This document shows, in pieces, positions 21,645-32,998 of a DNA stretch of 64,000 bases (position 1 is its first letter; each line of letters begins with the position of its first letter). Location: NCBI GenBank assembly GCA_025594325.1, contig JANHCV010000002.1:1116001-1180000 (forward strand), given 5' to 3'. The DNA is from Blastocladiella emersonii ATCC 22665 (lineage: Eukaryota; Fungi; Blastocladiomycota). The notes under the pieces are model-generated. The model made no database searches and had not been told where the DNA came from. It saw only the letters and a program-made list of their open reading frames with translations. A program made the position numbers and the translations under genes.

Positions 21645-24383
21645 CTACATGTAGATGGCGCGCACGTCGCCCTGGCCAAACGGCTCCGAGCACGTCGGGC
21701 ACTTGCGCTGGCGCGTCTCGATGCGGTCGTTGACGCACTGCCGGCAGAACGTGTGCATGCAGCGTGTGATGGCCGTGTCCTTGAACCGCGTGCGGCACGT
21801 TCCGCACAGCACGAGCTGCCGGTACTGCGCGAGCAGCTCCGCGTCGCTCGCCTTGGCCCCGGTACCGACCGCGGGCGAGCCGAACCCGGCCCCGTTACCC
21901 GCGCCGCCGGCGCCCGCTGCCGCCGCGTTGGCCGCCGTGAGCGCCTTGCGCAGGTCCGAGATGACCCCGTCGCGCTCGGCGATCACGGCCTGGAGCTGCG
22001 CAACGTTCGCGTTCGCGGTGGCCGCCGCGGCCTTGGCGGCCTCGGCTTCCGCGGTGCGGGTATCGAGCAGCGCCGTGTGGGCGTGGACGCGCTCCTCGGC
22101 GTCGCGCGCGGCCTGCTGGGCGTGGAGGAGCTGGATGTCGAGGTCAGCGGCGCGGTTCTGGGCGGCGGTCGCCACGTCCTGGGCAACGTGCACCTCGCGG
22201 GTGAGCGCGGTCACGGTGGCGACGGCGGCGCGGTCCTTTTCTTCGGCGGTGCGCTGCACCTCGCGTACGTGCTCGAGCGCGCGCCGGCCCGTGTCGGCGT
22301 CGGCCTTGAGCTGCTCGCACTGCTTGCGCAGGAACAGGATCTTGCTGTCGAGCTTGGCCTTATCGGCCGTCAGCCGCGCTACCTGCTCGTCGCGCGTGCG
22401 CAGGGCGGCGACGTGCGCCGAAATGCGCGCGTCCAGCTGCGCGTACCCGTCGGCCGTCGAGTTCATCTCCTCGGTCAGCGCTTGGATGTGCGCCTGCGCT
22501 GTCGCGAGCTGCGTCTTGAGGTCCGCGATCTGCACCGCGTTGTCGGACGGCGCGTCAGCAGCGGCAGCGGAGCTCGATCCCTCGAGTTTGCGCAGGCGGT
22601 CCTCGAGCTGCTGCACGACGTTCCCGTCAACCTCCATGAGCGCGGCGACCTGGGTCCACCCGGCAGCCTGGGCAGCGGTGGACCGCCACCGGCGCACCTG
22701 GCCCTCGAGCATCGCGATGCGGGCGGTCTGCGCCTCAACCTGGGTGCGCAGGGCGTCGAGGTTACCGAGCTTAGCGTTGCGCTCGGCCGTGAGCGAGTCG
22801 CGGGTCTGGGCGACCTCGTCGCGCTGGCGGCGCACGCGCGCAATCTCGTCCGACAGCCGCTTGGTCTCGGCCTCGGCCATGGTGGTGGTGGTGGCGAGCG
22901 CGTCCTGGTGGCTCGCGAGCCACGCCGCGTGCGACTCGCGCAGCTCGGCGAGCTCGGCCGCCAGCTCCTCGGCGCGGTGCCGCGCCTGCCCGTACTCGCG
23001 CGTGCGGACCGCGAGCTCGTCGCGGAGCACGCCGAGGGACTGCGTCGTCGAGGCGGAGGGCACGGCGGCGGGCGAGTCGCCGCTGTCGCCGGAAGTGGGC
23101 GGGGAGCCGCCGGTCGCGGCGGCGGTCGCGGCGGCCTGCAGCTGCAGCGCGTCGCGGTCGCGCTTGACGGCGGCAAGCTCCTCGGCGAGCTCGGCGAGCT
23201 GTTTCGCGAGCGGTGACTCGCTCAGGTGCGACAGGTCGTCGAGCGTCAGGAGCTTGCGCTGAACCTCCTCGAGGCTGGCGGAGGTCGCTGCCGCAGCGGT
23301 AGCGGCGGCACCCTCGTCGCCCGATGCGGGTGCTGGTGCTCCGCTAGCCGGTGCGCCACCGGGCCCAACCGCCCCGCTGGCCGCACCAGTCGGCCCGTCA
23401 CTGCCGGCGGGCGCTGTAGGCTGTTGGAAGGTGACCTGCCAGGTGCGCGACTGGAGTCGGTCGACGACGCGCTGGACGGTCGCGAGCTCGGTCTCGCGCG
23501 ACTCGAGCGAGGCGGACAGCTCGGAGACGCGTTGCCGCGCGGCGGCGAGGTGGCGCTCAACGTTGACGAGCTGGTGGCGCACCTCCGTGTAGCGGGTGCG
23601 CAGGGTGTTGACGTCGGTGGGTGCGGGCGGGACCTGGTGGTCGAGAAAGTGGATGAAGCTCGCGACGAGCTGGCTGGCCTGCGCGTGCGTGGCGTTGAGC
23701 TGGTCCTCGAGGGCCTCCTCCTGCTCGACGTTGAGCAGCGCGGCGAGGAAGCTCGCGCGCGACGCGTCCTGCTGCTTGAGCAGCGTCTCGAGCGGCTGCT
23801 GCGGCTCAAAGCGCGTCGACAGGACGAGGAGCTCGTCGGCGATCTGTGGTGTGAGACGGGATCAGTACGGCTCGTCGGTCAAGTGCGCGTAACCTAAAGT
23901 ACCTCGGTCCACCAGCCTCCAATGGCCGCGAGCGAGTCAGACAGCTGCGAGTTGCGCTCGATCAGGCCGTTGCGCTCCTCCTGGAGCCGCTCGATGCGGC
24001 GCGCATAGTCGGCGAGCTGGCGCACGACCGCGTCTTTCTGGAACACGGTGATGAGGGACTAGCGAGCGAGCGGATAGAGCGCGTCAGCACCATGTCTCGT
24101 GCATCCATGGTAACACGAAGAGTACCTCCAGAGCATCGAGCGACTCGGTCGGGAACGGGACCTCCTCGCCGCGGGCCGCGTCGGGCAATGGTGGGTGCGA
24201 TCCGCCGCCGAGCCCGGTGCCGTTGCTGCTGCTGGACGACCGGCCGAGGCCGATGCCCGACTCGAGCGAGGCCGACTCGGTGGCGTGGCGTTTCCGGCGC
24301 TCGGTGCTCGAGGAGCGCGAGCGCACGTCGTCGTCCTCGGGCGCGCGCCGCTTGCGTTCGCGCTCGCGCTCACGCTCGTTCAT
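21645..24383 (-). CDS. BRE1: Bre1 E3 ubiquitin ligase (H2B monoubiquitination); introns 24059-24125 and 23844-23902
   Basis: Spliced N-terminal FQKDAVVRQLADYARRIERL, long coiled coils, and C-terminal C3HC4 RING CGTCRTRFKDTAITRCMHTFCRQCVNDRIETRQRKCPTCSEPF. Confidence 0.92.
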
Positions 24384-25083
24384 GGCGGTTGTTGGTTCGT
24401 GGCGGGGCGGGGCGATTGCACCGAGTTAGGGTGGGCTTGCGGGGCGGCGAGAGTTGATTCGTTGCAGGTGCAGGGTCGGCGGGACGCAGCAGGCAAGGAC
24501 GGAGTCGATCAACCACGCGCGGTCAGCCCCGCACGCGCGCGTCACGCGGCGCGACTCGACCCTGCATCTCATCGCCCATCACCGCATCACCGCTCGCATG
24601 AGCATGAATACCGCCGCCACGAATCAGTGCATGCGGGGGTTGCGGCGTGATGGAGCTAATGCAACGCTTGGTCAACGGTCCCTGCCCTGATTCGCTGGTC
24701 CTGCCCGGGCGTAGTGGCGCGGACCGCGGCCCTGAGGCGCCCGCCGCCTCCGCCATGCCTCTCATTTGCGCCACGGGCATCACTCTTCCATGGACGTGTC
24801 CCCGATTCGAGTGCTGATTCGAGCGTAGAAGATGCATCCGTGCGTCTGCACTGTCGTTTCAGGCGACCCGCTGCTGCAACTGCAGAGTTCTGTCCTTCCA
24901 TCTCCGCTCCCTGCCAACTTGCCTGTTTGATAATTTAATCTTCCGGAACAACGGACGCTCGCTCCCCGGTCGCCCTTGTGCAGCGAGTAGACCTCTCCCC
25001 GCCGACCGGGTCCGCTTCCGCTCCGCGACCATCCTCCATCTCCCGGCCATCAGCTGCCGACCATCGGATACGACTATCAAACC

Positions 25084-26469
25084 ATGTGGGACAGCAACAT
25101 CGTGGCCAGCGTCCTCGTCGCCTCGCTGCTGCCGTCGCTGTGGCTACTACATATCAACGTGGGCGAGTGGCGAGCGCGGCCGGGCCGGTCGCCGGCGTTC
25201 GCGGCGCAGGTCGCGGCCTCGGTCTTCAACCTGGTCAACCAGACTATCTTCGTGGTGCTGCACCTGGCCAAGGCCGCGAGCCTGCCGGGCTCGTGCGGCG
25301 CCTGGATCCTCATCGCCGACACGAGCTACGTGCTGTTCCAGCCGGCCGCCACGGGTGTGCTGGTGCTGCGTTCCACGGCGCTGATCCCGTCGCACCACCG
25401 CGTCTGGTGGCGGTCGCGCCGCGGCGTGCGCGCCATGCTCGCCCTGGTCTTCCTCATCGGCCTGTCGCCCATCGTCGTCAGCGTGGCCATGCGCGACGTG
25501 TTCGTCGACTCGGCCACGGGCCTGTGCTTCGCGCTGTACCCGCTCACCATCAACACGGCCGGCAAGATCGTTTTCGTGCTGTTGTACATGGCCATTGGCG
25601 TCGTGTTCGCGCTCCCGCTGCTGCGCCACCTCAACGCCATGCAGCGCGTCAGCAACACGGGCCCCGCGGCCACCGACACGATCCTGCGCCGCGTTCTGCG
25701 CGACGTCGCGTTCCGCATCAGCCTGGCCATCGTCGGGTACCTCCTAACGGCCGTCATCTCGCTGCTCGGCGGGTTCACGGGCGCCGTCTCGGTCGAGTTC
25801 ACCCTGCAGAACCTGTGCGCGCTCGGCGCCGCGACCTTCGCCGTCCGCAGCCGCAACTACGACAGCAGCGGCGGCGGGAGCAACGGCACGAACACGGGCG
25901 CCGGGCCCAGCGAGACCAACTCGCGCCGCCCGCTCGACAGCAGCACCGTCGGCGCCGGGTCCAGCACCTTCGACGACCCGGCGCGGTACCGCCACGGCCA
26001 CGCGCGCGCCGGCGGCGCGTCCAACGGGTCGTCGGCCGGCCTCATCTCGGACCCGGGCTACTACTCGATGACGAGCTCGCAAGGCATGCCGCTGACGCCC
26101 TTGTCGGGCGGCCACCACGTCCTTGTCGCGCCCGAGGTCAAGTCGCCCGCGCTCGCAGCCCCCGCCCTCGCATCGCCCGCCGCACACGCGCACCAGGGCT
26201 GGCGCGGACCGCAGCCACCGCAGCACCACCAGGGGGTGATCCCGCCGGCCCCACCATCGCCGGCGCCCGCATCGCCGTCGCTGTCGCACGGCCGTACGAG
26301 CCCGTGGCGCACGTCGCCGTCGCCGAGCCGCGGTCCCTTGCTCGAGGCGCCTGCGCCCACGGCGCGGTCCGGGTTGCCACCACCGCCGCCGCTCATTGGC
26401 GCGGCCCCGCCGCCGCGGCGCAAGTCGCTTGCGCCGTCCAACACGTCGACGTCGCACCTGTCCAAGTGA
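25084..26469 (+). CDS. Orphan 7-transmembrane (GPCR-like) protein, paralogue B, with long Ser/Pro-rich C-tail
   Basis: Intronless 461-aa ORF with seven hydrophobic segments in the first about 260 aa. Shares motifs with 12741-13982. Confidence 0.78.
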   Translation: MWDSNIVASVLVASLLPSLWLLHINVGEWRARPGRSPAFAAQVAASVFNLVNQTIFVVLHLAKAASLPGSCGAWILIADTSYVLFQPAATGVLVLRSTALIPSHHRVWWRSRRGVRAMLALVFLIGLSPIVVSVAMRDVFVDSATGLCFALYPLTINTAGKIVFVLLYMAIGVVFALPLLRHLNAMQRVSNTGPAATDTILRRVLRDVAFRISLAIVGYLLTAVISLLGGFTGAVSVEFTLQNLCALGAATFAVRSRNYDSSGGGSNGTNTGAGPSETNSRRPLDSSTVGAGSSTFDDPARYRHGHARAGGASNGSSAGLISDPGYYSMTSSQGMPLTPLSGGHHVLVAPEVKSPALAAPALASPAAHAHQGWRGPQPPQHHQGVIPPAPPSPAPASPSLSHGRTSPWRTSPSPSRGPLLEAPAPTARSGLPPPPPLIGAAPPPRRKSLAPSNTSTSHLSK

Positions 26470-26578
26470 CGCAGTGAAGAGGAATAAACCCGTTCAAAAG
26501 CTGACACAAACAATCTGGATCGCATTCTTTCAGGACACGGGAGGAGACGCGGGAAGGGTAGAGGAGGGCCATTCGAAC

Positions 26579-27593
26579 CTAGTCAAAGAAGCGGCGGTTG
26601 GGTGGCATGCCGTACAGCGTGATGCGAATGTCTGGCAGGAGCTACAAAGGGGCAACGCGTCAAGAAATCAGCCGCCGCCGTCGCCCAAAGACGTGCGAGT
26701 CGCGAAGCGTACCTGCTCGGAGGCGATCTCGAGGCGCGACTCGAGCGAGTTGAGCACCTTGATGCGGCCCGCCTGTGCTGTCACAATGACGCCGCCGATC
26801 CTACACGTTGCGAGCGTGCGTGAACGTCGGAGGCGCGCCGTGTTCGGAGCGTGCGGGTCAACGTACGCCGACTTGGGAAGGAAGGTCTGGTCAATGGTCG
26901 CGTTGACCTTGAGGCCAGCAATCTCCTCGTAGCGCTTCTTGGCGGCGTCGAGGACCGACTTGATGGCGTCCACGTCGCGGTCGACGCACTGGATCGTGAC
27001 CTCGGCCTCGAGCAGCTCGAGGAAGCTCTACACAAATGCGAGGGCCGGTGAGTCGGCAGCGAAAGTGAGGGGTGGGCGAGCGGATCGTACCTGGACGAGG
27101 AGGTCCTCGAGCAGCTGGCGGTACTCGTCGCCCTTGGTGGTGATGGCCTCGAGGCGCTGGCGCGTGTCCTGGAACACCTGGGCGAGCAGGTCGTGGCGCT
27201 TCTGCAGCACCTTGACCTTGGACTTGTTGAGGTGGTTGGAGGCGGCGCTAGAGACGGTCGGCGCGTGAGTTGGCGTCGTTTTGACGTAGTGAGTAGGGAG
27301 CCACGACGCACATCTTGCGCTGGACCTCGAACTGCTTGGTCTTCTTCTGGAAGAGGGCGTCAATGGTCGCCGTCTCCTGGCGCACGATCTTGGCCTACAC
27401 GTGGGATTGCGAGCGAGGTCGTCAGTACCGCTCCTCGATACCGCAGCGTCGCGCGCCGTACCTTCTCGATGTTGAACTCCTCGTCGGCCTTGATCTTGAT
27501 CTCCTTGGCCTTCTCGAGCGCCTCCTGCTTGATGAACGCCACCATCTTCTTCATCTCGTTCTGGACCTCATCGTCCTGCAGCGGGCGCGACAT
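26579..27593 (-). CDS. VMA4: V-ATPase V1 subunit E; 5 introns
   Basis: [67 protein letters not shown], and last exon [20 protein letters not shown]-stop. GT-AG introns restore the frame. Confidence 0.96.
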
Positions 27594-28241
27594 GGTGGCG
27601 AGGATAGGTGTGCGGGGCGGGGCGAGCAATCAAGGTGCGGGCGGGTGGGCAAGCGGGCTGGGCGCACGCGCTCGAGTCGGCTACGCGGGTTCTAGACCAG
27701 TCGTCGATGCATGGGGGCGTGAATACGCGATGGCTCGATGGAAACGCGTCGGTACGCGCGCGGCACGCCGTGCCCTCCGACGAGCCGAGCGCGGGGGCTG
27801 GGGGAGGCAGCGCGTCGCCGGAGGACATGGCGGCGGGACAAAAGCATGGACTCACGTTGCACGGTAGCGGGGTGGAGGTCGATCCTCTGCAGCGGCCCGC
27901 CCGAAAGCGTTTGGCGCAACGCGATGACCGACGCGGGTGCGCGTCGCCCGCCGGCTTGCCCGCTCTTGTCAAGGTGAGGTCAGCTGAGTCCGCCTGATTC
28001 CCGAACGCGTTCTTTCACTCCCTCTTTCACGCTCCTGTGCTGCTCTCTTGATCGTGCGACTCTGTGCAATGGCGAGGGCCGCATCGGTGAAGTCTGACCG
28101 CGGTGACGCGGTAACTATGAAGTGTTGGCCAAGCGGAAGCGTTGAGGCGTCGGGGCTGACGCAAAGGGCCTTGAAGTGGCGCCTGGCCCCCGGCTGCAGC
28201 TCTCGCTCTCCCCGCTGAACCGCTTCCATGAAACGCCACAA

Positions 28242-30326
28242 ATGACGCTAGTCGATTTACACAACGAGGTCTGGCTCTGCGTCGTTGACTGCATGCTGCG
28301 GTCCGATGCGCACCGCGACGTCGCGGCGCTTAGCGCAACGTGCCGCCGGTTTGCCGAGCTTGTCCGCCCTGCCCTGTACCGGACCATGACGGTTGAGCTG
28401 GACCAAGGCAATCTTGCTACGCCCGTGGACGACAAAACTATCCCATCCGGTCTCTACCTCAACGGTGCCGCGCTCCGTGCGTGGCCCGAGTGGCTGCCGC
28501 TCGTCCGCGCGCTCGAGTTCGCGCCCCACCGCTTGCCCAAGGGGATGACGGCCCCCGTCGTGCCATCTGCGTCCACGACCGGCTCTTCTCTCGTTCGGGA
28601 CACTGTCGTTGCGGTGGCCGCGCAGCTCGCGCGCAGCAACCCAATCAACTCGCTGGCCATTCGGCACTTTCCCATGGACCGGAATAGCTTGATTTCGACA
28701 TGCTCACACTTCTCGCGCACCCTTGCACGCCTTGAAATCGCGATTCCGCAGCTCACGGCTCCGCTCGACCTCGAGTCCCTTCACCTCCCCTCGCTCACGT
28801 CCTTGTCCATTGTCAGCATCGACATTGCCAACTTGCGCCACCCGCTCCTCGGCCTTCCGCGAGCTCCGCACTGTCGCATCATTCGACTCTCGCTCCCGAT
28901 CGCCACGCCAAATGGAGCGGCCCAGATCCATGGCATGCTTCACTTGCGGTCGTTGAACGTGCGACTCCACCATGTGCCGTCGCGCGCCGAATTTTACGCC
29001 GCCCTCGTCGCACCGGGCTTCCCCGCGTCGACGCTTGTTCATTGGGCTACGGCGGGGCTCAACGCCGTGGAGCTCGAGCGGCTTCCCTCCATGCCGCGCC
29101 TCGAATCGCTTACCATGCAGCGGCAGCCGCGCTTTGCGACGCCTACGCTCGATGACATCGCCTTGATCACGTCAGTCGGCTTGGAGCGCGCCGAGCGGAG
29201 TGCTGCCCGGTTCCCGATCCTCCGCACGTTCAAACTGCTTGGTCCGCACGAGTTGGCGCTCGTCGACTACCTTTGCTGGCTCAGTGCCGCTCCTGCTTTG
29301 ACTACAGTCGACTTGAGCGGCGTTTACCCGAGTGCGCGGTCCGCTGATACGACGGTTGTTGCCCAGCTGATTGCCGACTGTTCCGATCTCCAGTTCCCCG
29401 CGCTCACGTCGCTCTCTGTCCCGCTTCCGCTGTGGCCCTCACTCGCGCGCGTTCTCGGTGCGCCTAAGCTTGTCTCGCTTAGCATTGCAGGCAATGCCCC
29501 CGACGGCGAAGTCAAGTACGAGTTGGCGCCGCACGCGTCGTTTGCGCAACTTACGGAGCTTCGCTTGGACATCTTGGTCCAAAGCCCGACCATCCGCCGC
29601 GACATGTTCCCCGCGCTTCGGTCCCTGACGATGCACCCCATCCATGCTTACTGGATTGTAGGCGAGCGCTGGCCGCTCACGCACCTCCATGTCCTCGGCA
29701 TGTGGCAGCTGCCGCACTTCGATCCGCGCGTCGTCATGTCCGAGTTCCCAGCTTTGACAAATCTTACGCTTGACTGGACGGGGACCGGGAACCGTATGGC
29801 CGGGACGTTCCTCAACCCGCACGCGCTTCAGTTCCTCACGGGCGATTGCAGCATTCGCAAGCTCACTATTGCTTCAAACGGTCGCCCCGTCATGTGGACG
29901 TCGGACGGCGGCTTGACCCCCGCCGCGACGATTCGCTGGACGCGTCGGTCGTCCGCGCAGGTGATGCGCGAGCTCGCCGAGAAGACGTCGTACCTCGCAT
30001 CGCACAGCGTGGTCAAGCTCCAGGTCGGCACCGACGACGATGCGCCGGATCTTGCGGACGCGTCAAGCGTGGTACAGCTTCTCGCCAAGTTTATGAGCCC
30101 CGATGCGAAGGTGCTCGTGGGTCTCAACAACCAGAACTTTCCGACCGAGACTCAGCAGAACGGGGTTATTGGGTGGTTGAAGCGCAAGCTGAGCCCCAGC
30201 ACACCAGTACTCGCTGCCGTAGACCGCGGCAGCGTGGATCCGCGCATCCTGCTGGCCTTGCGCGAATGCGCCGCGACCATGGGTGTACGCATCAAGTTTG
30301 TTTTGGTGTGGCGCTCCAATACATGA
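28242..30326 (+). CDS. F-box-like/LRR protein, array copy 1 (intact)
   Basis: N-terminal LVDLHNEVWLCVVDCML...DVAALSATCRRFAELVRPALYR resembles an F-box. Repeated LxxLxL units (LPSLTSLSI, MPRLESLTM, FPALTSLSV). Intronless and visibly lower GC3 than neighbours. Confidence 0.75.
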   Translation: MTLVDLHNEVWLCVVDCMLRSDAHRDVAALSATCRRFAELVRPALYRTMTVELDQGNLATPVDDKTIPSGLYLNGAALRAWPEWLPLVRALEFAPHRLPKGMTAPVVPSASTTGSSLVRDTVVAVAAQLARSNPINSLAIRHFPMDRNSLISTCSHFSRTLARLEIAIPQLTAPLDLESLHLPSLTSLSIVSIDIANLRHPLLGLPRAPHCRIIRLSLPIATPNGAAQIHGMLHLRSLNVRLHHVPSRAEFYAALVAPGFPASTLVHWATAGLNAVELERLPSMPRLESLTMQRQPRFATPTLDDIALITSVGLERAERSAARFPILRTFKLLGPHELALVDYLCWLSAAPALTTVDLSGVYPSARSADTTVVAQLIADCSDLQFPALTSLSVPLPLWPSLARVLGAPKLVSLSIAGNAPDGEVKYELAPHASFAQLTELRLDILVQSPTIRRDMFPALRSLTMHPIHAYWIVGERWPLTHLHVLGMWQLPHFDPRVVMSEFPALTNLTLDWTGTGNRMAGTFLNPHALQFLTGDCSIRKLTIASNGRPVMWTSDGGLTPAATIRWTRRSSAQVMRELAEKTSYLASHSVVKLQVGTDDDAPDLADASSVVQLLAKFMSPDAKVLVGLNNQNFPTETQQNGVIGWLKRKLSPSTPVLAAVDRGSVDPRILLALRECAATMGVRIKFVLVWRSNT

Positions 30327-30668
30327 TTGTTTTCGTTCATCAGCACGTCAATAGAGGGAGCAGGGAGGGCTATCACGTCACCGCGTCGATCGCGAGACGC
30401 GTTTTGAGCGCAGAACATTCATCTCACGAACTCATTGAGGGCTCGGGAGAAATCAAAGGGTGAGCTAGAATGTCATCGCGTCGCCCGCGATACGCGTCCC
30501 GGGCGCGAGGCAAGAATGTCTCGCAAAGTTCACGAGGGCGCACGTGTTTTGAGTAGCAAGGCGGTCGGGCGCCTCGCTGACCATCTCGTCGCGGTCCTTC
30601 CCTCTTCCGCTCCTCCTCCTCCCTTGTGGACCCTGTCCCACTACATGCAACTTGAAGCAATGAATCGA

Positions 30669-32636
30669 ATGAATTAAGACCTGCCGGATGTGGTCTGGCG
30701 CTGCCTCATCGACTGCACGATCCAGTCCGGCCAGTATCGCGACGTTGCCGCGCTGGGTTTGGCGAGTCGTCGGTTCGCGCACCTCGTCCGCCCTGCTTTG
30801 TATCGGACGATGCTCATCAAGCTCAATGCACGCAATATGGCGGCCGAATTGCCGCACATTCCAGCGTGCCGGTTTGGCGGTGGGGCTGCGCTGAGCAATG
30901 GCTCAAGCTGGATGCCGCTCGTTCGTTCTCTTGTTCTCTCAATTGGTGGCGACCCAAAGCAAGCTTCCGCATACTCCAGCCCGCCACTTGTACCGGCGCG
31001 CAAATCAACTGACGATTCATTGGCTGACGCAGCTGTCGCTGACCTCGATGTTGCGGCCGTCGTCGCTCATCTAGCACAAACCAACCCAATCCACTCGCTC
31101 CGTATTTTTGCGCTCATGTTTGGCAACAACTTTCTGATCCAGACCTTCTCGAGTTTTGCGAGCACTCTCACTCGCCTTGACCTCAACCTCATGCTGTCGC
31201 AGTACCCTGTACCACTTGATCTCGATCTCGAGTCCGTTGTCTTGCCGGCGCTGAAGTCTCTCACGCTAACAGCTGTCACGTTGGAGAATCGGACCTCGGT
31301 CACCGGACTCCCTCGGGCAAGCAACTGTCGAATTCTCTCGCTTACCCTTCCGACCATCTCAGCTAAGGTTGTACATCAGATCCGCGGAATGCAATCCTTG
31401 CAGTCATTGAGGTTACGTGTTCTCTCGGGTGCATCACGCACCATCTTTTATCTTTCGCTTTTTGCTCCAGGATTCTCTCTTCCCTTGCTCGACCTCCTGG
31501 AGGTGGACTGGCTCACGGACGAGGTACTTGGGCAGTTGCCCCCGATGCCGCGTCTCACTTCCCTGGTCTTGTACTGGCACAAGGATCTTGCTGAGTTTGG
31601 GGCTCGCCAAATTCCGGACCCCGCGTCCGTGCAGCAACTTACGACGACTCAATGTCCAAACCTCCGGTCGTTCAAGGCGATCTGTCCCAACCACTGGACC
31701 GTTATCATGTACCTCCGCTTACTGCAGACTGCATCAAACCTGACTACGTTGCATCTCAGCTGTGAGCGCACCGACGTGCTGCTGCCTGTCGATGTTGGCA
31801 CCTTTATCGAGTATGACACGTTCAAGTTTCCAGCACTCATTTCGCTTCGAGTCCCGCTTCTTGTGTGGGATCCGCTCGCCAAAGTTTTGATTGCGCCCAG
31901 ACTTACCGAGCTTCGCATTGCGCATGATCCCTGGAAGCACGAGCTTGGTACGCGCGACCTTGCCCCACACGCTAGCTTCGCACAGCTCAAGGTGCTCTGC
32001 TTGGACGTACCGGTCCGAGGTCCGATTCTTCGTCCATCTGCATTCCCGTCGTTGCGCACGCTGTCGATTCACCCCAGAACGGCGTACCGGATCTTGGGCG
32101 CGGGCGGACGGTGGCCGTCAGTTACCCGGGTGCGCATTCTTGGCGCGAATACGCTTTCGCAGTACGACTTGAGCCTCCTGTCCAAGTTTCCCGCGGTCAC
32201 CGATCTAATGCTCGACTGGGCCGGCGCTCCAGGATTACTAACGTCGGAAACACCGCGACGCCTTATTACGACCGCGCTGCCTTACCTGACGGGTCAAAGT
32301 CGCATTCAGCTTCTTACCATCATTTCGCGCGGCCATTCCGTTGAGTGGGCATCGCCAGCTGCCATCTGTTGGACGCGCCAGTCGTCTTCCCAGGTGATGC
32401 GCGAGCTTGCCATCAAGTCCAGGTGTCCGAAACCGGCCAGCAGAATCAAGCTTTTGATTGGAAAGGGCGACGATGCGCCCGACCTCATGGCTGCATCGAA
32501 CGTGGTCCAGCTGCTCGCCAAGTTTACCGTGCCTGGCGGAACCGTGCTCGTTGACACGAAGGATCAGCACGTTCTCGCGGTCTTGCGCGAGCGCGCCGCG
32601 GCGATGGCCGTCGCTCTCAGCTTTGCGCAAATGTGA
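30669..32636 (+). CDS. F-box-like/LRR protein, array copy 2; in-frame TAA at codon 3 (30675-30677), otherwise open
   Basis: ATG AAT TAA GAC CTG CCG GAT GTG GTC TGG (M-N-stop-DLPDVVW) aligns with copy 1 MTLVDLHNEVW. Downstream about 650 codons are open and colinear with copy 1. The next in-frame ATG is at 30810, after the F-box. Confidence 0.65.
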
Positions 32637-32998
32637 ATGAATCGCGATACAGTGAATTGAGATAAACACATTGCTTCTCACACGAGTCGCACGTTGGTCC
32701 TCGAAAAGTAATATAGAGACGGCCTTTCCGCGAACCGAGCGATTCCGCCAGAGAACAGGACCGAGCAGGAAGGCCGACGCGACGTCGAGCATTGAGCACG
32801 CGATAAGACTAGACAGAGAGTCCATTAGATTCATGCACCAAGTCCCTTACGCAATTCATAGGTTAGGGAAGTCGTGCAAGGGAGGAAGCGCGAGCAGGAG
32901 CGGCCGAAGTGGCTCAGCCACTCGAGCTTTTCTGGGCGCTCGGCGCCGCATCGCATCCTTTCTCCCCGCGGACGAGCCACTTAAATGAAATAATATCA

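Noticed and set aside
8801-23262. Many long antisense or alternate-frame ORFs (e.g. 8801-10420 -, 12216-14051 +, 21402-23216 +, 21655-23262 +)
   Set aside because: Arg/Ala/Pro-rich shadows of real genes, expected from high GC and strong codon bias. No motifs support overlapping genes.
5077-26469. A single inverted segmental duplication explaining both the acidic-tail copy and the second 7-TM gene
   Set aside because: Each paralogue is inverted but their order is not reversed, and the intervening genes are not duplicated, so one event does not explain it.
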